From NCBI GenBank assembly GCA_965262115.1, contig OZ253496.1:256001-320000 (forward strand): a stretch of DNA of 64,000 nt. The letters are read 5' to 3'. The translations under genes and the position numbers were made by a program. Below the pieces are notes generated by a model, which ran no database searches, was not told where the DNA came from, and saw only the letters and a list, made by a program, of their open reading frames with translations. This document shows positions 41,282-51,062 of this stretch, in pieces. The stretch's first letter is position 1, and each line of letters starts with the position of its first letter. Source of the stretch: Nitrospinales bacterium. Its GTDB lineage: Bacteria > Nitrospinota > Nitrospinia > Nitrospinales > VA-1.

Positions 41282-42160
41282 CTAGTGGCGCGGGTGGAAC
41301 CGGTTGTGGACTTCGAGCATTCTTTTTTCCAGAACATGAGTGTAGATTTGTGTGGTTGAGATATCGGCATGCCCTAGCATCTGCTGGACCGATCTCAAAT
41401 CGGCTCCCCTATCCAATAAATGCGTGGCGAAAGCGTGTCTCAAGGTATGCGGCGACACATTGGCTTTGATACCGCATTGACGCACATATCCTTTTAACAG
41501 CTTCCAGAATCCTTGCCGGGTCATGGCTTTGACTCTTCGGGTCAGGAACAATTCTTCCACCTTTTGCCTCTTGGCCAGAACAGGCCGGGAGTTTAACAAA
41601 TAGTCCTCCAATACATTTCTCGCAACCATGCCTATGGGGACAATGCGCTCTTTCGATCCTTTCCCCATAGTTCTCAGGCAACCAGCTACCAGATCGAGGT
41701 TATGCCCCTTCACCGATATCAGTTCAGAGACCCGCATTCCGGTTGCATACAAAACCTCCAGCATGGCCTGATCTCTGAGACCAATGGTGGTGTCCATATC
41801 CGGACAACTCAAAAGTTTGTCGACATCGGCCAGCGATAGTATATGAGGAAGCTTTCTCCACCGCCGAGGGGTTTCCAGAATCTCGGCCGGATTATCATTG
41901 AGTTGTTTGTCTTGACACAGATAGCGAAAAAAGGATTTGATCGAAGACAGACTTCGCGCAATGGAAGACGGCGACAAGCCCTCATCACGCAATATCAGAA
42001 GAGAACTACGAATATCCGCCGTTGTCAGGCCTGCCACTTCCTTGTCAGGAAAAGCCCGAGCAAAACGCCGCAGATCACGGCAATACCCTGCCACTGTGTG
42101 CGGCGAATGTCTTTTCTCAATGCGCAAATATTCGGAAAACTCTTGAATTAATGCATCCAT
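41282..42160 (-). CDS. xerD: Tyrosine recombinase XerD
   Basis: LYATGMRVSEL, TRQGFW, SPHTLRHAFATHLL, LGHADISTTQIYTHV. Confidence 0.93.
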   Translation of the reverse strand: MDALIQEFSEYLRIEKRHSPHTVAGYCRDLRRFARAFPDKEVAGLTTADIRSSLLILRDEGLSPSSIARSLSSIKSFFRYLCQDKQLNDNPAEILETPRRWRKLPHILSLADVDKLLSCPDMDTTIGLRDQAMLEVLYATGMRVSELISVKGHNLDLVAGCLRTMGKGSKERIVPIGMVARNVLEDYLLNSRPVLAKRQKVEELFLTRRVKAMTRQGFWKLLKGYVRQCGIKANVSPHTLRHAFATHLLDRGADLRSVQQMLGHADISTTQIYTHVLEKRMLEVHNRFHPRH

Positions 42161-42443
42161 AATAAAATTATGGTATAAAATTCAATAAGTTACAATTATT
42201 ATTTTTCTTATTAGGTTTATTCTGCTCAATCTGTTAAGCTTGATAGTCGAATCATAGAAGATGAATGGTTAACACAATGAAATTAGCCCATTACTGGTTT
42301 TTACCCTTCCATAAGCTTCGGATCGCCTGACCTCTCCCTCGTGGCAGGTCGCTGTTCCACTGTCCGCTTATTTTTTAGACCGAGTCATCGCCGTTTTTCG
42401 CATTTATTCATTCACAATTAAACTTTAAAAACTACAGACAACT

Positions 42444-44282
42444 ATGTTGAATCAGGAATTTATCAGAAATATTGGAATCATTGCTCATGTTGACCATGGG
42501 AAAACCACCTTGGTCGATTGTCTTCTTAAGCAGAGTGGAATGTTCCGGGACAGTGAGCTCTCGGAGACGTGCATCATGGACAGCAACGAACTGGAGAAAG
42601 AGCGCGGAATCACTATATTCTCAAAAAATGCGGCGATAAATTACAAAGGGTACAAGATCAATATTGTCGACACACCCGGGCATGCTGATTTTGGCGGCGA
42701 GGTGGAACGGATTTTAAAAATGGTCAACGGGGTTCTGCTTCTGGCCGATGCTGTCGAAGGCCCCATGCCGCAGACCCGGTTTGTTTTGAAAAAATCCCTC
42801 GAACTGGGACTCAAGCCCATTGTCGTTATCAACAAAATCGACCGCCCTGCGGCGCGGACGAAAAAGGTCGTCGATGAAGTTTTTGATTTGTTCGTTGAAC
42901 TGAATGCAAATGATGAACAACTGGACTTTCCTGTCATATACACATCAGCCAAGCAGGGTATTTCCAGGCAAACACCCACGGGCCCAAACGATGACATCAC
43001 CCCTCTTTTGGATATGGTCATCGAAAAAGTCCCAGCCTATAGAGGTGATGCCAAAGGACCTTTCCAAATGCTGGTTTCCTCCATGGATTATGATGACTAC
43101 GTTGGAAGGATCGCTATCGGCACAATCACACGTGGACATATACAGGCAAAAAGCAACTATACCCAGATCAATCGTCAAGGAGATATGAAAACCTTTAGTC
43201 TTTCCAAGCTATACACTTTCCAAGGATTGACGAAGGTAGAGTCTCCCTCAGCGACCACAGGAGATATTATCGGCATTGCTGGAATGAAGGAAGTGGAAAT
43301 CGGCGAAACCATTGCGGACTCCAGTTGCCCGGAACCACTCCCAGTTATTGAGATTGACGAACCTACTCTATCGATACATTTTTCTTCCAACACCTCACCC
43401 TTTGCAGGTCGTGAAGGCGACCTTGTCACCTCAAGGCAGGTGCGAGATCGTTTATTCAGGGAAATCCGCTCCAACGTTTCTCTCCGAGTGGAGGAAACCG
43501 ACACGCAGGATACCTTCAAGGTTTCCGGACGCGGGGAATTGCATTTAACTATATTAATAGAAACCATGCGCCGTGAGGGCTTTGAGTTTTCCATTTACCG
43601 CCCGGAGGTCTTGATCAAAGATATTGGCGGAACTCCACACGAGCCGGAAGAGTTTGTCATTCTCGATATTGACGACTCTCATATGGGCTCTGTTATGGAA
43701 GCCATGGGAAAACGCAAAGGCACCCTGAAGAATATGATCCAAGGAGAAACCACGGCGAGGCTTGAATTCGTCATTCCCACACGCGGACTTTTCGGATTTC
43801 GTTCTGAATTTCTAACGTTGACCAAAGGCACGGGAATCATTAACCGCACTTTCCATAATTTCATTCCGCATTGCGGTGAGATCGCCCAGCGCACCAATGG
43901 TGCTTTAATTGCCATGGAAAATGGAAAAACGACCGGTTTCTCCCTGTTTAATTTGCAGGAAAGAGGCTCTATGTTTCTCGGGCCGGGTGAAGAAATTTAT
44001 ACTGGACAGCTTGTCGGTGTGAACAAAAAAGATAATGACCTGGTGGTTAATATCTGCAAGGAAAAAAAGCTGAGCAATATGCGCGCATCCGGGTCCGATG
44101 TGAATATCATTCTCACACCGCCAGTAATAATGAGTCTCGAACAGATTCTTGGTTTTCTAAACGAAGACGAGTTGGCAGAGGTCACCCCGAAAAGCATACG
44201 CTTGCGGAAAAAAATCCTGAACGAAAACGACAGGAAAAGATTTGGTAGAGCGCGGAACACCATTCCTGTTTTCGTGTCCTGA
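42444..44282 (+). CDS. typA: Translational GTPase TypA/BipA
   Basis: [35 protein letters not shown]. Confidence 0.98.
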   Translation: MLNQEFIRNIGIIAHVDHGKTTLVDCLLKQSGMFRDSELSETCIMDSNELEKERGITIFSKNAAINYKGYKINIVDTPGHADFGGEVERILKMVNGVLLLADAVEGPMPQTRFVLKKSLELGLKPIVVINKIDRPAARTKKVVDEVFDLFVELNANDEQLDFPVIYTSAKQGISRQTPTGPNDDITPLLDMVIEKVPAYRGDAKGPFQMLVSSMDYDDYVGRIAIGTITRGHIQAKSNYTQINRQGDMKTFSLSKLYTFQGLTKVESPSATTGDIIGIAGMKEVEIGETIADSSCPEPLPVIEIDEPTLSIHFSSNTSPFAGREGDLVTSRQVRDRLFREIRSNVSLRVEETDTQDTFKVSGRGELHLTILIETMRREGFEFSIYRPEVLIKDIGGTPHEPEEFVILDIDDSHMGSVMEAMGKRKGTLKNMIQGETTARLEFVIPTRGLFGFRSEFLTLTKGTGIINRTFHNFIPHCGEIAQRTNGALIAMENGKTTGFSLFNLQERGSMFLGPGEEIYTGQLVGVNKKDNDLVVNICKEKKLSNMRASGSDVNIILTPPVIMSLEQILGFLNEDELAEVTPKSIRLRKKILNENDRKRFGRARNTIPVFVS

Positions 44283-44466
44283 TTGTTCCATTTTCATTGC
44301 CCTGATATTTGAAATGTTGTAGAATCAACAACCTTTCATAAATCAGGGGAAGAGAATTGTTTTTGAAAAACATTATTTCGTTTTTCAAACCCCTAAGACT
44401 TTTTCGACAAACAAGCCCACCTTAAAATATAAGCCGGATCAAAATATATCCGGGAATGGGATTCAC

Positions 44467-45495
44467 ATGCAGCGCACAACCCTCGTTCAACACATTCGAC
44501 AACAGGAAAAAGCCAATCCCGGAGCTACTGGAGAGTTCACCAGCCTGATGAATGAAATCATGGTGGCTGGCAAGATCATTTCTCTTGAAGTCAACAGCGC
44601 AGGTATAGGAGAAGATATTTTTGGGCTTACCGGAAAAATAAATGTCCAGGGGGAAGAAGTCAAAAAGCTGGATGAGTTTTCTGACCTCACATTCACTAAA
44701 ATTATCGGTCAGTCAGGCACGGTATGTGCCATCACCTCCGAAGAAAGAGAAGAAGCTCTGATCATCGAGGACAATCCCGGAAAATATATTTTCATGATGG
44801 ATCCTCTCGATGGATCTTCAAACATTGATGTTAATGTCAGCATAGGAACGATATTTTCTATTTACCGCAAGAAAAGCCTGGGCGATAAAGTAACAGACGA
44901 GGATCTCCTGCAAAAAGGAGGCGAACAAATTGCCGCCGGTTATATCGTATATGGTTCCAGCACAATTTTTGTCTACACAACCGGGCAAGGTGTTCATGGG
45001 TTTACGCTTGATCCGGCGCTGGGTGAATTTTTTCTCTCCCATCCTGACTTGGTCATCCCTGAGCAGGGTTCTACCTACAGCACCAACGAAGGCAACTGGG
45101 GTAATTGGGATGAACCCCAAAAGGATCTGGTCGCTTATTTAAAGGAAGACGCTCCGGCAACAGGGCGCCCCTATAAATTGCGTTATATCGGCTCTCTCGT
45201 CGCGGATTTCCACCGGACTTTGTTAAAAGGCGGGCTCTTCATGTACCCCAAAGACACGAAAAGCCCTAATGGAAAATTGAGATTTTCTTTTGAGGCTGCT
45301 CCTCTGGCTTTCATTGTTGAGCAGGCCGGAGGAAAGGCCTCTACCGGAAACCAACGGATTCTGGATATTATCCCCAGCGGCATTCATGACCGTTTGCCTC
45401 TCTTCATCGGTAGCAAGAAAGATGTCGAACTGGCGGAAGAACGGCTCGCGGCCACAGTGAAAAAGGGCGGTTGGTTCAAATGGCTGAGCGGATGA
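44467..45495 (+). CDS. fbp: Fructose-1,6-bisphosphatase class I
   Basis: DPLDGSSN, RYIGSLVADFHR, GKLR..FEAAP. Confidence 0.97.
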   Translation: MQRTTLVQHIRQQEKANPGATGEFTSLMNEIMVAGKIISLEVNSAGIGEDIFGLTGKINVQGEEVKKLDEFSDLTFTKIIGQSGTVCAITSEEREEALIIEDNPGKYIFMMDPLDGSSNIDVNVSIGTIFSIYRKKSLGDKVTDEDLLQKGGEQIAAGYIVYGSSTIFVYTTGQGVHGFTLDPALGEFFLSHPDLVIPEQGSTYSTNEGNWGNWDEPQKDLVAYLKEDAPATGRPYKLRYIGSLVADFHRTLLKGGLFMYPKDTKSPNGKLRFSFEAAPLAFIVEQAGGKASTGNQRILDIIPSGIHDRLPLFIGSKKDVELAEERLAATVKKGGWFKWLSG

Positions 45496-45514
45496 CCATC
45501 GGCCTATAACTATT

Positions 45515-46780
45515 ATGAAAATTCAAAGCATACGCGGTGTTAAAGACATCCTGCCCGATGAAATCTGGAAATGGCAGTACATCGAGTCCATCGCCCATAA
45601 TATTTTTCCACGATACGGCTTCAAGGAAATCCGCCTCCCCATTTTTGAAAACACCCGGCTGTTTTCCCGCAGTATTGGCGAAACTACCGATATCGTCGAA
45701 AAGGAAATGTATACCTTTCAAGACCGGGGCGGCGACTCCATTACACTTCGGCCCGAGGGAACTGCATCGGTGGTTCGTGCCTATGTGGAGCACAAGATGT
45801 ATAATCCCCCTTCGGTGCTCAAGATGTTTTATATCGGCCCCATGTTTCGCTATGAGAGACCGCAGGCCGGTCGGTTGAGGCAATTCAATCAAATTGGAGT
45901 CGAGGCCATGGGCTCAGCCAGTCCGGTTGTGGATGTAGAAGTGATGACCATGCTCATGGAATTTTTCAAAGCACTGGGACTCACCGACATCAAACTTGAG
46001 ATCAACAGCCTGGGCAGTCAGGAATGCCGCCCTCAATACCGCGAGCTCTTAAAAACAGAAATAGAAAAACATCTGGACCAGCTTTGTTCCAACTGCAAAA
46101 ACCGATACCAGCGCAATCCTTTGCGGGTCCTCGATTGCAAGACGGAGCAATGCGGTAAGATTGCGGAAGGACTGCCAAAACTTATCGACCACCTGGACCC
46201 CGCCAGCGCCGAACATTTCTCGGAAGTGCGTTCACTTCTGGACTCTGCCGGAAGCTCCTACTCCGTCAACCCTAACCTGGTTCGAGGATTGGATTATTAC
46301 AACCGTACCGCGTTTGAAGTCACCTCACAAAATCTGGGCGCCCAAAATGCCATTTGCGGAGGCGGACGTTACGACACTCTGGTGGAAGAACTGGATGGCC
46401 CCTCGACACCCTGTTTCGGTTTTGCCCTTGGTCTCGAACGCCTGGTTTCCCTGCTACCGTTTGATGATGCAAAAACGCTAAAGAAAAATCCTGATATTTT
46501 TATCGTCTGCATGGGAGAGGAAGCCAAAACCACGGGGTTTAAAATTGCGCACGAACTACGCTTGAAGGGATTCAGGGTCGAGAGAGATTATGAAATGGGG
46601 AGCATGAAAAGCCAAATGCGTAAGGCCAACAAAGCCCAGTGCCGGTTGACCCTTATTCTGGGAGAAAACGAAATCCGTTCCGGTAAATTTGTATTGAAAA
46701 ATATGAAAACCGGCGAGCAAATAGAATGTCCTGTCGAGGAACTGGCCACAGAAATCGCCAAACTCTCCACCGATTCGTAA
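45515..46780 (+). CDS. hisS: Histidine--tRNA ligase
   Basis: LRPEGTA, FRYERPQAGR, LVRGLDYY, GGGRYD. Confidence 0.98.
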   Translation: MKIQSIRGVKDILPDEIWKWQYIESIAHNIFPRYGFKEIRLPIFENTRLFSRSIGETTDIVEKEMYTFQDRGGDSITLRPEGTASVVRAYVEHKMYNPPSVLKMFYIGPMFRYERPQAGRLRQFNQIGVEAMGSASPVVDVEVMTMLMEFFKALGLTDIKLEINSLGSQECRPQYRELLKTEIEKHLDQLCSNCKNRYQRNPLRVLDCKTEQCGKIAEGLPKLIDHLDPASAEHFSEVRSLLDSAGSSYSVNPNLVRGLDYYNRTAFEVTSQNLGAQNAICGGGRYDTLVEELDGPSTPCFGFALGLERLVSLLPFDDAKTLKKNPDIFIVCMGEEAKTTGFKIAHELRLKGFRVERDYEMGSMKSQMRKANKAQCRLTLILGENEIRSGKFVLKNMKTGEQIECPVEELATEIAKLSTDS

Positions 46781-46910
46781 TTATTTTTGTTGGACAAAAC
46801 TTTTCCCGAAATTTAGCATCCTAACTTCAGGAGCCGGGAAAGCCTGAATGATTGACCCCTCTTAATGACCGTGCTAGGTTAACCCGATATAATCGCTACT
46901 TAAAAAAATT

Positions 46911-47339
46911 ATGGCTAGCAAAGAGTTAGAAGTTCTTGAGGATTATATTGTTCAAAACAAGCTGAAGATCACTAAGCAACGGCGTGCTGTTCTCAATGCT
47001 TTTATGGAAAGCGAAAAGCATGTCAGCGCTGAGGAACTCTACAATCAGGTCACCGTCACCGACCCAAAAGTGGGGCTGGCAACGGTGTATCGCACTCTAG
47101 CGTTGCTAACCCAAAGCGGCCTGGCCTCGGAGCTGGATTTTGGCGACGGACAAAAACGCTATGAACATAAATACATGCATGGTCATCACGACCACATGAT
47201 CTGCACCGAGTGTGGAAAAATCATCGAGTTCAACCATCCCCTCATCGAAAAGTTCCAGGAAGAAGTCGCCAGCCGAAACGGGTTCAACATCACTTCCCAC
47301 AAATTGGATATGTTTGGCCTGTGTAACGAATGCCGCTAA
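46911..47339 (+). CDS. fur: Fur family transcriptional regulator
   Basis: TKQR, HVSAEE, ATVYRTL, HHDHMICTECG, CNEC. Confidence 0.93.
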   Translation: MASKELEVLEDYIVQNKLKITKQRRAVLNAFMESEKHVSAEELYNQVTVTDPKVGLATVYRTLALLTQSGLASELDFGDGQKRYEHKYMHGHHDHMICTECGKIIEFNHPLIEKFQEEVASRNGFNITSHKLDMFGLCNECR

Positions 47340-47427
47340 CCCCCACTCGGCGTGGGGCCAGCACTGCATTGCCCGTGGAGCGAACTGAGTATTCAAACGC
47401 AATACTATAATGACTCCCCCTGACAAG

Positions 47428-47634
47428 GAGACCTTTGCGTAAGTCTATAAAGCAGAAAAGCGAGATGCTTCGAGATACCCCTACGGGGCAAGAATTCAAA
47501 GGTCAAATATCACTAGCTCAGCATGACAATAAAAGGCTATTTTGTCATTCTGAGGAGCTATTGCAACGAAGACGTGATACTTTTCCCTAACCTTCGTGCC
47601 CCGGAGGGGTAATCTTGGGTTATGCAAAGCTCTC
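47428..47634 (+). mobile_element. MITE copy 2 (207 bp; extra inverted 39-bp unit)
   Basis: TIR GAGACCTTTGCGTAA/TTATGCAAAGCTCTC; perfect TSD CCTGACAAG. Confidence 0.95.
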
Positions 47635-47664
47635 CCTGACAAGGGGGATAAAGAGGATTTACAT

Positions 47665-47780
47665 ATCAGCAGTTTTTTTGACGAGCAAAGAGTATCTTGG
47701 CTCAATCAAGCCCTTGCCAACTGGCAGCATGTTATGATCCCTCATCAGTCTTTATGCACCGAAGGGGTACGCCTAGTGGG
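47665..47780 (-). repeat. Mosaic repeat copy with inserted 40-bp hairpin unit (47730-47769)
   Basis: Reverse complement reads CCCACTAGGCG[TACCCCTTCGGTGCA-N18-CATAACA]TGCTGCCAG...TTGAGCCAAGATACTCTTTGCT. Confidence 0.75.
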
Positions 47781-48669
47781 GAAGGGACTGGGCGCAACGA
47801 AATCCGATATAGTTAAAGATTTCGTTCATGACCTGGCCATAGGTGGTCACTTTTGGGAAAACTTTATTTTTGGGATGTAGCCAGACCCGGTTGGTGATGC
47901 GTAATGCGCCGGCTGAAGAGTCGAAGGAACCACCTCGTACCACTTTCGATTCACCCGCTTCCGGACCTTGAGGGTTGTCTTTCGAGCGGACTTTATAATA
48001 AGGCTCATACCAGTCGTTGACCCACTCCCAGACATTCCCCATCATGTCATAAAGACCGTACTGGCTTGGGGCTTTACTCCCAACAGGGTGTGTGGTCTCT
48101 GCTGAGTTATCTTCAAACCAGGTGTAATCTCCATGCACCATATTGCCCCAGAAGTAGCGGGTTGTCGCCCCTCCCCGAGCCGCATATTCCCATTCCGCTT
48201 CGCTGGGCAAGCGGCAGGCACCCTGTGATTTCTTGATAAACTTCTGCACATCCAGAAAATTGACCTGTTCAACGGGCAAGTCTGCTCCCATGAACTTGGA
48301 GGGATTATATCCTCTCAGCTTTTCCCAACGCGCCTGGGTCACTTCATATCTATCCAGATAAAAATCATCGACGCATACCTCATGCTCCGGCTTTTCATCT
48401 TCCTGGGTATAATCATTGCCCATGATAAAACACCCACCCTTTATGAACACCATTCCTTCAGGAGCTTTGTCGGCTTTTGACTGATCTTCGGGAGAAAACT
48501 GAACCGGTGCAACCCGCTGATCAGAGAGAGGAGTAGATTCTTCCGACACCTCTGGCAGTTCGGAAAAGCTGGGATGAATCTCGTCACTACCTTGGTCCTG
48601 GGCATTATCAGCGCAAGCCGAAAGTAGGAAAAAAACGCTGAGGATGATGAATGTTCTATAAAAACGCAT
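47773..48669 (-). CDS. Formylglycine-generating enzyme family (SUMF1/FGE-sulfatase domain) lipoprotein
   Basis: Lipobox LSAC; YEVT, RLPSEAEWEYAARG, GLYDMMGNVWEW, IGFRCA. Confidence 0.92.
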   Translation of the reverse strand: MRFYRTFIILSVFFLLSACADNAQDQGSDEIHPSFSELPEVSEESTPLSDQRVAPVQFSPEDQSKADKAPEGMVFIKGGCFIMGNDYTQEDEKPEHEVCVDDFYLDRYEVTQARWEKLRGYNPSKFMGADLPVEQVNFLDVQKFIKKSQGACRLPSEAEWEYAARGGATTRYFWGNMVHGDYTWFEDNSAETTHPVGSKAPSQYGLYDMMGNVWEWVNDWYEPYYKVRSKDNPQGPEAGESKVVRGGSFDSSAGALRITNRVWLHPKNKVFPKVTTYGQVMNEIFNYIGFRCAQSLPH

Positions 48670-48884
48670 TGTTTTAACAGGAGTTGGGGAAAGGCGAATA
48701 ATACCATTTTAATGAGGTTTTACAAAAAAATTTCTGCATTTTAAGAACTTACTGCGGTTTTTCTTGAAATAATCCTGAAATGGGTTAAAAAATGGCCCCA
48801 CATCCACGTATTTTCCAATAGATAGTTCAAATTTTTTGTCCAAATACCGATAAATAATAGAACTACTTATCATGGAGCTGGACT

Positions 48885-50760
48885 TTGCGATTCCTAAAAC
48901 CACTCAGCATTTTTGTCTCTTGCCTATTACTGGGAACAGGTTGCAGTACCCTGGAAAAAACCTATCAAAAAACGCGCCAGACAATGGCGAACCTTTTTAA
49001 CGCCGCCGAGGACACCTATCGTCCTGCCTTGGGACTGGACAGGGATATTGACTTGCAATTCGCCAAGCACCAGTTCAATCGCAGAGAATATTCCATTGCG
49101 GAATTTTATTTAAAAAAGACATTGGCCAATCAGCCGGAAAACCGGGAAGCCATCCACCTTCTGCCTTGGGCTTATTTTTTCCAAAAACGTTTTGACAAAG
49201 CATTGGCGTCTTTCAAGCAGGCACACACACTGCACAGAAAAGACCCAACCGCCTTATTGGGTATGGGCTGGTCTTATTTCAGCTTGAAGCAATATCAGAA
49301 GGCTTTGGATAGTTTTGAGCGCGCCGAACGGTTTGCCTCCCACTCCTACGAAATCCACAAAGGCAAGGCCTTCATTCATCTGGAACAGCGGCGAGGCCAG
49401 CTTGCACGAGAAGAACTGGAAAAAATTCTTCCACTCGCCAAGGAGACCTTTGCGTAAGTCTATAAAGCAGAAAAGCGAGATGCTTCGAGATACCCCTACG
49501 GGGCATGAAGTTTAATGAAGAGGATATCACATACCCCTACGGGGCAAGAATTCAAAGGTCAAATATCACTAGCTCAGCATGACAATAAAAGGCTATTTTG
49601 TCATTCTGAGGAGCTATTGCAACGAAGAATCTTGGGTTATGCAAAGCTCTCCTCGCCAAGGTGAATGAATTGCTGGAACAGTGGGAAGCTTCAAACCGTA
49701 ATGACTTCATCGTTCGTTGGGCGATCGTTCCTTCCAACCCTGATTCCAGTTCGATATTTACCTTACCGGTTGAGTTTCCCCGATATCGCAGCCTTCTCCT
49801 TGGAATGCCCACAGAAGACATAGAAGCTCTGGACTCAGCATGGGAAAGCTATTATCAGGGCAAGTACGCTAAAGCGTCCAACCTGTTTGGTGGACTGGCC
49901 CGGTCAAATTCCCCAAACCTGGATGCGGTGAACGGGTTGGCCTGGAGCCTGATGCATGCAAAACAAATCAATAAATCGGAAAAAACATTCAAGGAAATCC
50001 TGGAACTTTACCCGTATTTCCTGGGGGCCTTCAAAGGCCTGCGGGAAATTGAGGAAATCAAGAAGCGCCAGGCTGTTTATGTACAAAACTATTATGAGTA
50101 TGCGATTGACAAGTTTTTAAAATCCATCGAGCATGAGGATTATGAAATATCTTCTGCCAAAGGACTCGGCCTTTCTCTGTTTGCCATAAAAAATTATTCG
50201 GATGCCATTCCTTATTTGCAAATGGCCTTGAAGAGTGACCCCGAAAACAAAGATATGGCTTATAAACTCGACTGGAGCATTCTGAGAAGTGAGTCTCTGG
50301 GCGTTTCCCAAAAATATTTTGAAGATGTTTTAAAAAATCATCCTCTCCGCGCTTCGCCCTATATGGCTCTCGGTTGGATTCACTACAACTGGAGAAACCC
50401 TGATCTAGGAGTGGAATATTTTCTCAAAGCCATTTCTCTCGATCCGGATTTTGCGCTGACACCGGAGTTTCTAAAATTGTTGAAAAAGGAACGATTTGAA
50501 TGGCAAGTCATAATTCCCTGGGCGGGACCTACTTTCAAAATCAATTGGATGACCAGGCCATGCAAATGTTCAGGCATTCTCTAAAAATCCAACCCAACAA
50601 ATCCGAAGCCCACAAGGGAATGGGTTATGTCTATTTTCGACAGGGCAAACATAATTCAGCACATAAAGGCCTGATGAAGGCCAAACATGCCATCACCGAA
50701 GAACGCCCGAAAGCCAAGCCCCCCCCTCCTTTCGATTTCCTTCGAACAAGTCCGAATTAG
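48885..50760 (+). pseudogene. TPR-repeat lipoprotein interrupted by a MITE and a frameshift
   Basis: Removing the MITE plus one TSD restores ...LPLAK-VNELLEQW in frame. A further frameshift occurs near 50510. TPR motifs (ALLGMGWSY, EAHKGMGYVY). Confidence 0.88.
49443..49651 (+). mobile_element. MITE copy 3 (209 bp; tandem hairpin units)
   Basis: Same TIRs as copy 2; perfect TSD CTCGCCAAG. Confidence 0.95.
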
Positions 50761-50799
50761 CTTATTAATGATTTATCAGCGAAAAAACAAAACTTTCAA

Positions 50800-50952
50800 T
50801 TGACTCCTGTCAGAATTCGCTTATAGTATATTACTATTCCACTGGTTGTTTAGATATTGAGACGCTCAAACATTTGGGGAGGGAGGGGTACCTTTCTCTT
50901 TTCACTGAGGGGTGAGAAATCATGGAGTTGAATCTTGATTCGACTCCATGAT
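50800..50952 (+). ncRNA. Candidate small RNA (orphan promoter plus strong hairpin)
   Basis: TTGACT-16-TATAGT, no long ORF downstream, stem ATCATGGAGTTGAATC/GATTCGACTCCATGAT. Confidence 0.3.
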
Positions 50953-50958
50953 CCCGGT

Positions 50959-51060
50959 CCACTCCCGTGGAAGGGAATTGGGCAAGGGCTCTATTGAGCC
51001 GAACCATCTCTTTGCTAGCCTGCAATAGTTTTTACACGTTGGTCCCTCCCCGAGGGGGCC
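50959..51060 (+). repeat. Mosaic intergenic repeat copy
   Basis: CCACTCCCGTGG...GGCAAGGGCTCTATTGAGCCGAACCATCTCTTTGCTAGCC... Confidence 0.75.
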
Positions 51061-51062
51061 GC

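Noticed and set aside
41282..42160. Prophage or island integrase
   Set aside because: Motifs and length match housekeeping XerD. No att repeats, tRNA or phage genes flank it.
49490..49570. True CRISPR array
   Set aside because: Only two repeats, short 17-19 nt variable cores, located inside a MITE, no cas genes or leader.
47496..49821. ORFs 47496-47705, 47596-47880, 49552-49821 and the start of 29185-29517
   Set aside because: These are translations of MITE sequence and share the same spurious peptide.
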